From NCBI GenBank assembly GCA_964404855.1, contig CAYOLO010000001.1:94245-158244 (forward strand): 64,000 bases of DNA, in the 5' to 3' direction. Below the pieces are notes generated by a model. It was not told where the DNA came from. It saw only the letters and a program-made list of their open reading frames with translations, and did not search any database. Origin of the DNA: an uncultured Gammaproteobacteria bacterium. Lineage in GTDB: Bacteria; Patescibacteriota; Microgenomatia; CAYQLK01. The translations under genes were made by a program, and so were the position numbers. The first letter of the stretch is position 1. Each line of letters begins with the position of its first letter. Below, one piece after another: positions 9,645-16,907 of this stretch.

Positions 9645-10118
9645 TTACTTATTTTTTCTATTAACTGTGACTGTTGCGGGACGAATAACCTTGTTGTTAA
9701 GCGTGAAGCCGTTTTTTAGTACTTCGGCAATAGTGCCGTCGGGCTCCCCTGTTACTTCGGTAACCGCCTCGTGGAAGTGCGGATCAAACTCGGTTACACC
9801 AAGTTCGATACTTATTTCCTGCAAACCCTCGTCCTCAAAAACCTTGCGGAACTGAGCGAGCACCATATCAAGCCCTGGGTCTTTGAGATGGTTTTGGGCA
9901 GTTAGCAGGTTATCGAAAACTTCAAGAAATTTGTAGAGAATGACGGAGCCAGAAAATTCTAATATCTGCTCTTTTTCTCTTTCTACTCTTTTTTGAAGAT
10001 TCTGATAATCGGCTAAAGCACGATGATAAGATTCTTTGTAATCAAGATTGGCTTCGACCTCACTAAGGTTTTGATCTATTTCGGGGTCGATTTTGGTTTT
10101 TGGTTTTTTGGTTTTCAT
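9645..10118 (-). CDS. grpE: Nucleotide exchange factor GrpE
   Basis: RALADYQNLQKR, FDPHFHEAV, GFTLNNKVIRPATV. Confidence 0.96.
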   Translation of the reverse strand: MKTKKPKTKIDPEIDQNLSEVEANLDYKESYHRALADYQNLQKRVEREKEQILEFSGSVILYKFLEVFDNLLTAQNHLKDPGLDMVLAQFRKVFEDEGLQEISIELGVTEFDPHFHEAVTEVTGEPDGTIAEVLKNGFTLNNKVIRPATVTVNRKNK

Positions 10119-10165
10119 GGTTTTTGTTTGGTGTTTTGACTTAATAACTAATACTGGCTAACTAA

Positions 10166-10897
10166 TTACCAGTTGCGCGAAACCTCATTAAGAAGGGATC
10201 CGAAATAGCGCAAAGTTGGGATGACGGTTTGGTATGGCAAACGACATGGACCAACAACGCCAATATAGCCTTCGCGTCCGTTGCCTGAGGAATATTTGGT
10301 AAAAGCAAATCCACATGGGACGAACTCAGCTAGAGCTAACTCATCACCAAAAACAACATGGACAACTTCGTCGCCATAGGTTCTACCAAAGACGTCGTTT
10401 AGTAATTCGTATCTATCGATAAGTCCCAGAACTGCCTTGGTTAAATCGATGTCGTAGAACTCCGGTTTGTCTAAGATGTTGGACATACCTGCAGCGTAAA
10501 CATCACCCGTTGCACTGGTAGCTAGAGCAAGAGTGTTGGTCTGCTCAGCGAGTGCGCGGGTAGCTTGACGCATTAGTTTGTCGTACTCAAATCTTTGATC
10601 CCAAAGACTTTCTTTGATACTAACCTCGTCGCGAACGGAGAGGTTTTTTTCTTCCATTAACTGGTTAATGTACAACTTGATGGCTTGTGAGGTTGGAATA
10701 CGCCCAGCAGATGTATGAGGCTGAACGAGATAACCCACCTTGGTTAAAGTAGCCATTTCGTTTCGAATAGTTGCGGGCGAAACACCAAGCCCTGCAATTT
10801 TTTCGATTGATTCTGAACCAACTGGTTCAGCTGTATCGATGTAGCGCTCTACGATTGATCGTAGGAGTTTGCGCTGGCGGTCTGTAAGATCCGTCAT
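10166..10897 (-). CDS. hrcA: Heat-inducible transcription repressor HrcA (short form)
   Basis: YIDTAEPVGS, SPATIRNEM, QPHTSAGRIPT, GVVGP. Confidence 0.96.
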   Translation of the reverse strand: MTDLTDRQRKLLRSIVERYIDTAEPVGSESIEKIAGLGVSPATIRNEMATLTKVGYLVQPHTSAGRIPTSQAIKLYINQLMEEKNLSVRDEVSIKESLWDQRFEYDKLMRQATRALAEQTNTLALATSATGDVYAAGMSNILDKPEFYDIDLTKAVLGLIDRYELLNDVFGRTYGDEVVHVVFGDELALAEFVPCGFAFTKYSSGNGREGYIGVVGPCRLPYQTVIPTLRYFGSLLNEVSRNW

Positions 10898-10938
10898 AAA
10901 TTGTTAGTAACACAAGTTTCAGTCTGCGAAAACTTGTA

Positions 10939-10975
10939 TTAGCACTAATGTACTACAAGTGCTAAATTGTGTCAA
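10939..10975 (-). promoter_or_regulatory. CIRCE operator overlapping the sigma70 promoter of the hrcA-grpE-dnaK operon
   Basis: TTAGCACTA-N9-AAGTGCTAA at 10939-10965; minus-strand TTGACA (10975-10970)-17 nt-TACATT (10952-10947). Confidence 0.92.
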
Positions 10976-11131
10976 TACTTATGTATAAATAGGAAAAATT
11001 TAAGGTTTTTCTTCTAAAGAAACAATGGGTTAATTCTTTTATTAAAAGATAATTTTTTATATTTCCTTCTTCACTTTTTGCTGAGTGGTATAGCTAGGCT
11101 AGAAAATATTAATTTAATTACAATTTGCTTT

Positions 11132-11261
11132 TCAATTCGCTTGCTCGCACACTTGAATCCCCTGCGAGGATTCTGCATTTTCAGTTTTTGTTTACTGTTT
11201 TTACCTAATGGTAAAAAGCCATGCCAGTTAAACAAAAACAGATCTTCGCAAAGCAAATTGA
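11132..11261 (-). repeat. Structured intergenic repeat, copy A3 (most divergent)
   Basis: tcaat...gatc...attga ends; arms gaatcc/ggattc, gtttttgttta/taaacaaaaac and tttttacc/ggtaaaaa keep pairing despite sequence change. Confidence 0.82.
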
Positions 11262-11285
11262 GAGGATAAGATAAAGGAAAAGATT

Positions 11286-11314
11286 AAGAAAAAGGCCCCG
11301 AGGTTAGTCGGGGC
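11286..11314 (-). terminator. Intrinsic terminator
   Basis: Minus strand GCCCCGA-loop-TCGGGGC followed by CTTTTTCTT. Confidence 0.75.
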
Positions 11315-11728
11315 GGTCGTTGGTGAGGCTGCCACCTGTGAGAACCGTGTACGCGAAACCCAACAAGATGTGCAGAAGCGAAAAAATTAGCCACATGTAA
11401 GCAGTAGTAAACATGGATAGAATCCAGAATGTTTTCCACTGCCCATATGGTAGTTCGTCGTCGAATGTGTAGATTGCCCCTACCGTTAATCCGACAGCAA
11501 AAGTAGCTGCGGGAATAAGAATAAAGGCGAATCCGTGAAGGTATTTGCGCAGGCAAATGCCTATCAGAATCGGCGCAGACATGGGAGCGAGTGTCCAGAT
11601 GAGTCTGGTGTGAGGTAGTCTTGGTCTGTGTCGAAAGATTTGAGACCAAGATAGAATCCGGCTTCAGCAAAAACTGCAGCGATCAGCGTCAAATAAATGA
11701 CGAACTGGACTAGACATAATCGATTCAT
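11304..11728 (-). pseudogene. Frameshifted small multi-pass membrane protein gene
   Basis: SD-preceded ATG at 11728 (MNRLCLVQF...) and the ORF 11304-11582 join into one hydrophobic protein if one AC is removed from CTCACACC near 11610. Confidence 0.55.
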
Positions 11729-11768
11729 CTCCGCCTCTTTTTTGTTTTGAAGGAACCTTAAGTGTGGA

Positions 11769-11797
11769 ATTGTAGCTACTTGTGAGTAAATTGGCAA
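11769..11797 (-). promoter_or_regulatory. sigma70-type promoter
   Basis: TTGCCA-17 nt-TACAAT upstream of ATG 11728. Confidence 0.7.
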
Positions 11798-11825
11798 GAA
11801 AATGCCCTCCGTTTGACGGGAGGGC
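11797..11825 (-). terminator. Intrinsic terminator of the 11859-12230 gene
   Basis: GCCCTCC...GGAGGGC stem followed by ATTTTCTT on the minus strand. Confidence 0.7.
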
Positions 11826-11858
11826 TTAATAGGATGAACTCTGGCGATGGTGCTTAGC

Positions 11859-12230
11859 TTAGTGCCAGTCAGGGACGATGATGTGGAAGAAGTACTTGCC
11901 TCTCGAGTCAGGATCGTCTACCTGCTCCTCGATTTCTTCCAGCTCCTCGTGGGTCACGAAGGCTTCGCGAGGACTGTCTTCGACCCAGACGCTGGCGGTG
12001 AAGTCGACCTTGCCTGGAACAATGACGTAGACCTTGATGTGAATCTTGTGATTGTCGAGTCCGCCGTAGTACGAGAAGTACCAGTGTGGAGAGTCGCTTG
12101 CGGGTTCGTACCGGATGAGATTGGCCTCGAAAGGCGCTCCAATCCGATGGGCGTCAGCGATCTGGGCGAGTGTCAAAGGGTTCGACACATAGTGGCCAGG
12201 CGCTAAGACGCGGGTTGCGACCGTGGACAA
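11859..12230 (-). CDS. Hypothetical protein (GC-rich cassette)
   Basis: 123-aa ORF with an AAGG SD-like site, a consensus promoter and a terminator. Confidence 0.7.
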   Translation of the reverse strand: MSTVATRVLAPGHYVSNPLTLAQIADAHRIGAPFEANLIRYEPASDSPHWYFSYYGGLDNHKIHIKVYVIVPGKVDFTASVWVEDSPREAFVTHEELEEIEEQVDDPDSRGKYFFHIIVPDWH

Positions 12231-12264
12231 GGAAACACCTTACCTTTGTAATGTTCTGACCCTG

Positions 12265-12293
12265 ATTATATCTCTTTTGAGGCTAAATGTCAA
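12265..12293 (-). promoter_or_regulatory. Perfect-consensus sigma70 promoter
   Basis: TTGACA (12293-12288)-17 nt-TATAAT (12270-12265). Confidence 0.85.
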
Positions 12294-12450
12294 ATACTAC
12301 AGGATACTTTTGCTTGCAAAAGGATCATGCAGGACGTAGTGAGAATTTATGAAATAACGAGCTTTACCGAAGTTATGAATAAATACGAGCGAGTAACTAT
12401 AGGCACTGGAGGGCGTTGGGAAATATATTAATTTTAATTACAATTTTTTT

Positions 12451-12574
12451 TCAATCCACTTTCTTGGCACAACAAAAATTCCAGCGTGATTTTTGTTTTT
12501 CACTTTTTGCTCGCTCTTTTGTTTACACAAAAACCATGCCCACTTACAAAAAGAGATCCAAGAAAGTAAATTGA
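12451..12574 (-). repeat. Structured intergenic repeat, copy A4
   Basis: 17-bp closing stem 12451-12467/12558-12574 with two C-A mismatches (G-U on the minus strand); interior very close to A1 and A2. Confidence 0.92.
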
Positions 12575-12591
12575 GGAGATAGAAAAAAGAC

Positions 12592-12620
12592 AAAAAAGGC
12601 CCTCCTTTTTAGGGGAGGGC
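12592..12620 (-). terminator. Intrinsic terminator of the 14341-12642 operon
   Basis: GCCCTCC...GGAGGGC stem followed by CTTTTTT on the minus strand. Confidence 0.75.
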
Positions 12621-12641
12621 TTGGAGGGAGGAGAAATCGTT

Positions 12642-13157
12642 TCAAACGATTCTTCCATCGTGACGGTTGGCGAGCATCCTGCGGACTTTCTCATAAGTAG
12701 TAATAAGCTTGTCCTCTTCGACGCCGCCGTTGTGTCGAAGGTTTTGGCGACCAGAGCCGTAGCAGATAGGAAAAATTCCACCTGCCTTGTCGCCAAGGTA
12801 GTTGAGAACCGTGAGCAGTTCCTGGCCTGCAGCTTGGAAGCGCAGGAAGGGATCTTTCATCGCCTCGTAGTACGAGTCGAGTACTGCGACCATTGCCTGG
12901 TCTTCATCGTTTTCCGCTTCCTTCTGTTTAGCTTGCCAAGCATCGAACTCTTCGCGGACGAAGCGCTCTTTAAGTTCGCCGTGGAGCTTGTCCCACTCAG
13001 CCTTGATGGCATCGTGGCGAGGACGGAAATCGATCATGACCTGTTCGATTTTGAGGCCGTAATTCCCCCATGCTTTGACGGCGTCTTCGTAGCCATCGCG
13101 AGCCTCGAGGAATTCGACCAGGACTGAGCCTAGTCGCTCGTAAGGGTTCTGAACCAA
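12642..13157 (-). CDS. Hypothetical helical protein (GC-rich cassette)
   Basis: 171-aa ORF, AAGGAG upstream of the TTG start. Confidence 0.7.
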   Translation of the reverse strand: MVQNPYERLGSVLVEFLEARDGYEDAVKAWGNYGLKIEQVMIDFRPRHDAIKAEWDKLHGELKERFVREEFDAWQAKQKEAENDEDQAMVAVLDSYYEAMKDPFLRFQAAGQELLTVLNYLGDKAGGIFPICYGSGRQNLRHNGGVEEDKLITTYEKVRRMLANRHDGRIV

Positions 13158-13178
13158 GTTGCTGTTACTCCTTTTGAC

Positions 13179-13916
13179 TTACCACCACGTGATCCTAGCA
13201 AAGAGTGCTCTGCCAACGATTTTGCGCGGTGTTGCGGACAAGCCTCTGGTTTGCTGAGCCAGATGCCTGCGAAGGCTAATTGGCGCGTACTCGTTGACGA
13301 TCGAGTGGGTTTTGCCATCTCTTACGGCTCGGAGAAAGTCCCCGGCGGTGTGGCCGTCGAAGTACGTGACGGTTGAGCCGACATGCTCGAGGAAGTGCGC
13401 GTCTGAAGAGCCTATTTCAGGCAGATGCCAGCCTGAGCTGTTGAACTGTCTGACTAGCGGGTCACGAGCACGTCCTGCCGGTGTTGGATTACCAACTTCG
13501 ACTCCATCCAAATAGACCTGTGGATCGGGAGAGTTTTGAATTCTCCTGATTGTTTCGGAACTGAAACTGAGCGGAACTCTGGCCATTGGATGAGCCGGAA
13601 TCGCTAAGCCTCCGTGTTCGTGGATGAACTTGATTGTGTCTTCGGCCGAAGCGAGAAGTGGTGGTTGATCGGTGATGCCAAGAGCAATGAGATGTCCGTG
13701 ACGAGTAGTGATTTCTACACCACAGATGACCTCAAAGCGATAAGCACCCCGCTCTCTTAGTGAGACGGCTTGAATGCCGCCTCTGATGTCGTCGTGTTCA
13801 GTGACGGCAATCACATCCAGCTTGGTGTGCTCTTGAACGTATTCAAAAAGCTCGCCGAGGCTAAATGTTCCGTCGCTGGACTTGGTGTGAATATGCAGAT
13901 CGGCTAGACCCACCAA
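13179..13916 (-). CDS. PHP-domain metallophosphoesterase
   Basis: DLHIHT..SDG, VTEHD, GVEI, AHP, GSSDAH motifs. Confidence 0.92.
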   Translation of the reverse strand: MVGLADLHIHTKSSDGTFSLGELFEYVQEHTKLDVIAVTEHDDIRGGIQAVSLRERGAYRFEVICGVEITTRHGHLIALGITDQPPLLASAEDTIKFIHEHGGLAIPAHPMARVPLSFSSETIRRIQNSPDPQVYLDGVEVGNPTPAGRARDPLVRQFNSSGWHLPEIGSSDAHFLEHVGSTVTYFDGHTAGDFLRAVRDGKTHSIVNEYAPISLRRHLAQQTRGLSATPRKIVGRALFARITWW

Positions 13917-14341
13917 TCCCCCCTTTTTAGCAGAAAGCGCTCGATTTTTTCTGAGGTGATGTCACTGTCAGAAAAGCCTAAACCTTTGACAATGAAAAGT
14001 CCCTGGGCGCTGGATAGCAGGGTGAGTTGTTGAGCTATGTCGAGTTGACATCTTTCTAGCTCAGCAAGGAATGCAGGAGTGGCGAGCTTTGCAAGCTCAA
14101 GTTCTGTCTTTGAGACGCCACAGTTGTGTCTAACACAAGTAGCGACTGCCCCAAGAATGCCAAGGTGATGTTCGGTATGAGTAAGGCCTTTCCGGCAGCG
14201 TTCCCAGTAGACAGCTTGGCCGAAAAGTGTTGCTTGTCGGTGGATGATGTTGAGGTCGACGGTCGGGGTGAGGAATGAGGGCACATTAGCCATTGCTTGT
14301 TTAGCAATTGCTTCGAACTGGGCAAGAATGTCGTCAGACAC
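13904..14341 (-). CDS. Hypothetical protein (weak XRE-like segment)
   Basis: 145-aa ORF with AAGGAG SD and upstream TTGTTT-17-TAAAAT; overlaps the PHP gene. Confidence 0.6.
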   Translation of the reverse strand: MSDDILAQFEAIAKQAMANVPSFLTPTVDLNIIHRQATLFGQAVYWERCRKGLTHTEHHLGILGAVATCVRHNCGVSKTELELAKLATPAFLAELERCQLDIAQQLTLLSSAQGLFIVKGLGFSDSDITSEKIERFLLKRGDWWV

Positions 14342-14417
14342 AAGTTCTCCTTTTAACTTAAAGTGCTAGGAGTTAACTAAGGTCAGGATTTTAGCTTATT
14401 GCAAAGCTGAAAACAAA

Positions 14418-16175
14418 TTATTTACGAAGAAGGGCGGTAAAGACTTCTTGAGAGATTTGAATATTACCGATGCTTTTGAGTCTTTTTTTACCTTTTTTCT
14501 GTTTGTCTAGAAGTTTATTTTTGCGTGTAACGTCTCCACCGTAGAGTTTGGCCGTGACGTCTTTTCTAAAAGCCGGTACTGTTTCTCTGGCGATTATTTT
14601 GCCTCCGACAATAGCCTGAATGGGTAGTGAGAACTGCTGACGCGGGAGGACTTCCTTGAGCTTGAGGGCTGTAGCACGACCGGAACTTTCGGCTCGAGAG
14701 CTGGGTACAATTTGGGCAAGAGCGTCTAGTGGGTCGTTATTTATGTAGATTTCTAGCTTGCTAACTATGACGGATTCGTAGCTAGTGACTTCAAAGTTAA
14801 GCGAGGCGTAACCTTGGGTGCGGCTTTTGAGTTCGTCATAAAAATCGGTAATTATTTCTGAAAGTGGAATTTTGTAGGTAGCTTTTATCTGATCAGCGAG
14901 GTTTTCCACAGCAAGCTGAACTCCCCTTTTGGTGTGGATAAGTTCGCCAATTGGACCAAGATACAGTGAAGGAGCAATTATTTCGACTGTGGCGATTGGC
15001 TCGAGGATTTCCATTGTGGAGGCTGGTAGTTGAGAGGTTTTGGATATTTCGGTGCCATCAAGAAGTTTGTAATTGACTGAGGGTGAGGTTGCAATAAGGT
15101 CGAGATTATATTCACGACTAAGCCTTTCGATGGTTATTTCTGAGTGAAGAAGTCCTAGAAAACCACAACGAAAGCCTTGTCCAAGCGAAGGTGAAGATTC
15201 GGCAGAGTATTCGAGTGCATAGTCATTGAGTTTGAGTTTACCCATTGCTTCTCTTAACGGTAAGAAGTCCGAAGGGTCGATTGGATAAAGTGAAAGATAG
15301 ACAACTGGAAAAGCAGGTTTGTACCCAGGAAGTGCCTCTGGAGATTGGTTTTTGTGGGTAATTGTGTCACCGACACGCGCGTTTTCGATGGTTTTGAGGG
15401 CTGTTACAAAAAAACCTACTTCACCTGAAGAGAGTGTGTCGACTTCTTTGACAAGAGGTGTGAGTTTGTAGATTGAAAGGATTTCTGTATCGGCATTGGT
15501 GGCTAGAAACTTGATTTTGTCGCCTTTTTTGAACTGACCATCGACGACTTTGACGGCTGTAACTACACCTTTGTAAAGATCGTAGAGAGAGTCGAAGACA
15601 AGTGCGCGATTAATATCGGCTTGAGTTGGGGTCGGAGGTGGAACTCTTTTGATTATTTCTTCGATAAGCTCGATGACATTTGTGCCTGTTTTTGCGGAAA
15701 CTTGCAGGATTTCTTTGTCCAAAAATCCTAAACCCTGAAGCTCTCTAATTGTTCTATCTACTTCGGCGCCTGGAGCGTCTATCTTGTTAACGACTGGAAT
15801 AATTGCGAGATTTTCGTCGAGGGCATGATTGAGGTTAGCAATGGTTTGAGCCTGAACACCTTTGGTGGCGTCGACAAGCAAGACTGCCCCTTCGCAGGCA
15901 GATAATGAACGGGAGACTTCGTAGCTAAAATCTACATGCCCTGGGGTGTCGATAAGATTAAGCAAATATTCGGTATTATTAAGCGTGTAATGAAGAGAAA
16001 TAGCTTTGAGTTTGATTGTGATTCCCCGCTCTTTTTCGAGATCCATTGAGTCGAGAAGCTGTTTGTTGTACACACTGGTATTGACCGCGTGAGTGATCTC
16101 AAGAATACGGTCGGCTAGAGTTGATTTGCCGTGGTCAATGTGGGCAATAATGGCAAAGTTGCGAATATTTAACAT
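14418..16175 (-). CDS. lepA: Elongation factor 4 (LepA)
   Basis: IAHIDHGKSTLADR, ERGITIK, DTPGHVDF, RKDVTAKLYGGDVTRK. Confidence 0.98.
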   Translation of the reverse strand: MLNIRNFAIIAHIDHGKSTLADRILEITHAVNTSVYNKQLLDSMDLEKERGITIKLKAISLHYTLNNTEYLLNLIDTPGHVDFSYEVSRSLSACEGAVLLVDATKGVQAQTIANLNHALDENLAIIPVVNKIDAPGAEVDRTIRELQGLGFLDKEILQVSAKTGTNVIELIEEIIKRVPPPTPTQADINRALVFDSLYDLYKGVVTAVKVVDGQFKKGDKIKFLATNADTEILSIYKLTPLVKEVDTLSSGEVGFFVTALKTIENARVGDTITHKNQSPEALPGYKPAFPVVYLSLYPIDPSDFLPLREAMGKLKLNDYALEYSAESSPSLGQGFRCGFLGLLHSEITIERLSREYNLDLIATSPSVNYKLLDGTEISKTSQLPASTMEILEPIATVEIIAPSLYLGPIGELIHTKRGVQLAVENLADQIKATYKIPLSEIITDFYDELKSRTQGYASLNFEVTSYESVIVSKLEIYINNDPLDALAQIVPSSRAESSGRATALKLKEVLPRQQFSLPIQAIVGGKIIARETVPAFRKDVTAKLYGGDVTRKNKLLDKQKKGKKRLKSIGNIQISQEVFTALLRK

Positions 16176-16275
16176 AAAAATTTAAGTTTAGTGGCGCTAT
16201 TCTAGCAGGAAATGAGGGTTTTGTGCGTAATTGGGAGATTTTTATAAATATTTATTTTTAAATTACATTCTTTTT

Positions 16276-16516
16276 TCAATCTACTTTCTTGGCGCACTGT
16301 AGTTTTCTCTAACGAGAAACAAGGTTTTTAGACTTCCCTTTTGTTGAGAGATTTGGTTTTCTTCTACGAAGAAGCAAAGTTTTTTTAATCACACTTCTCA
16401 CTTCAGCTCTTTGGACTGGTGTCGTCGAGCACCTTGTTTTGCCGTCGCAAAACAAAAGGCGTTCAAAGTGTGATTAGGAATAAAGGAAAAGAAAGAGATC
16501 CACTAAAAGGTATTGA
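16276..16516 (-). repeat. Long chimeric structured repeat (A-type left end, B core, B-type right end)
   Basis: Left tcaatctactttcttgg resembles A4; core 16379-16475 matches B1; right gagatccactaaa..attga matches 6457-6478. Confidence 0.85.
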
Positions 16517-16611
16517 GGAATATGGGAAAGAAACGGTGGTTTTGATTTGGGGAAGGAGAAGGAAAAGAATCTATTACTTAGACGAAACTAAACTCGGAGG
16601 AGTACGGTACT

Positions 16612-16848
16612 GTGGCTGACAAAAACTTCATCAAATTGTTCAGCAACGGCTCGCCAGAATGCCTGGCGATCATCGAGGAGCTGACGAAACAAGGTCGAGA
16701 GTTTGTTGCCATATCGGCTGTGGCAACTGACGAATGGCCTGTGCCGAGAACGGTACTGTTGTACTTTACGTTCAACGGGTACAACAACATTCGGCGGTAT
16801 CTACTGCCTGAACTTCCACCAAGCTACGAGCTCGTAGCAGTTTCGTAA
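16612..16848 (+). CDS. Small glutaredoxin-like protein (SxxC)
   Basis: IKLFSNG-SPEC...(P)VP...GY pattern; GGAGGAG SD; downstream terminator. Confidence 0.6.
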   Translation: MADKNFIKLFSNGSPECLAIIEELTKQGREFVAISAVATDEWPVPRTVLLYFTFNGYNNIRRYLLPELPPSYELVAVS

Positions 16849-16857
16849 TTATCCCTT

Positions 16858-16884
16858 GCGCCACCTTAAAAAGTGGCGCTTTTT
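16858..16884 (+). terminator. Intrinsic terminator
   Basis: GCGCCAC-loop-GTGGCGC followed by TTTTT. Confidence 0.8.
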
Positions 16885-16907
16885 CTGTTTTTATTATTAT
16901 CTGATTC

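Noticed and set aside
7360-12400. Identical 12-mer GCGAGTAACTAT at 7360 and 12389, and a 14-mer shared by 4624 and 14388
   Set aside because: Matches this short are expected by chance in 64 kb; the 14-mer is partly a shared -10 box
4705-12574. Repeats as ordinary rho-independent terminators
   Set aside because: They are multi-branched, AT-rich and lack a 3' U-tract on either strand; A3 and A4 lie just downstream of separate conventional terminators
4705-16516. CRISPR array or canonical integron attC array
   Set aside because: The repeats are 125-240 nt, dispersed and lack regular spacers; there are no RYYYAAC/GTTRRRY ends, and no cas or intI gene is in the window
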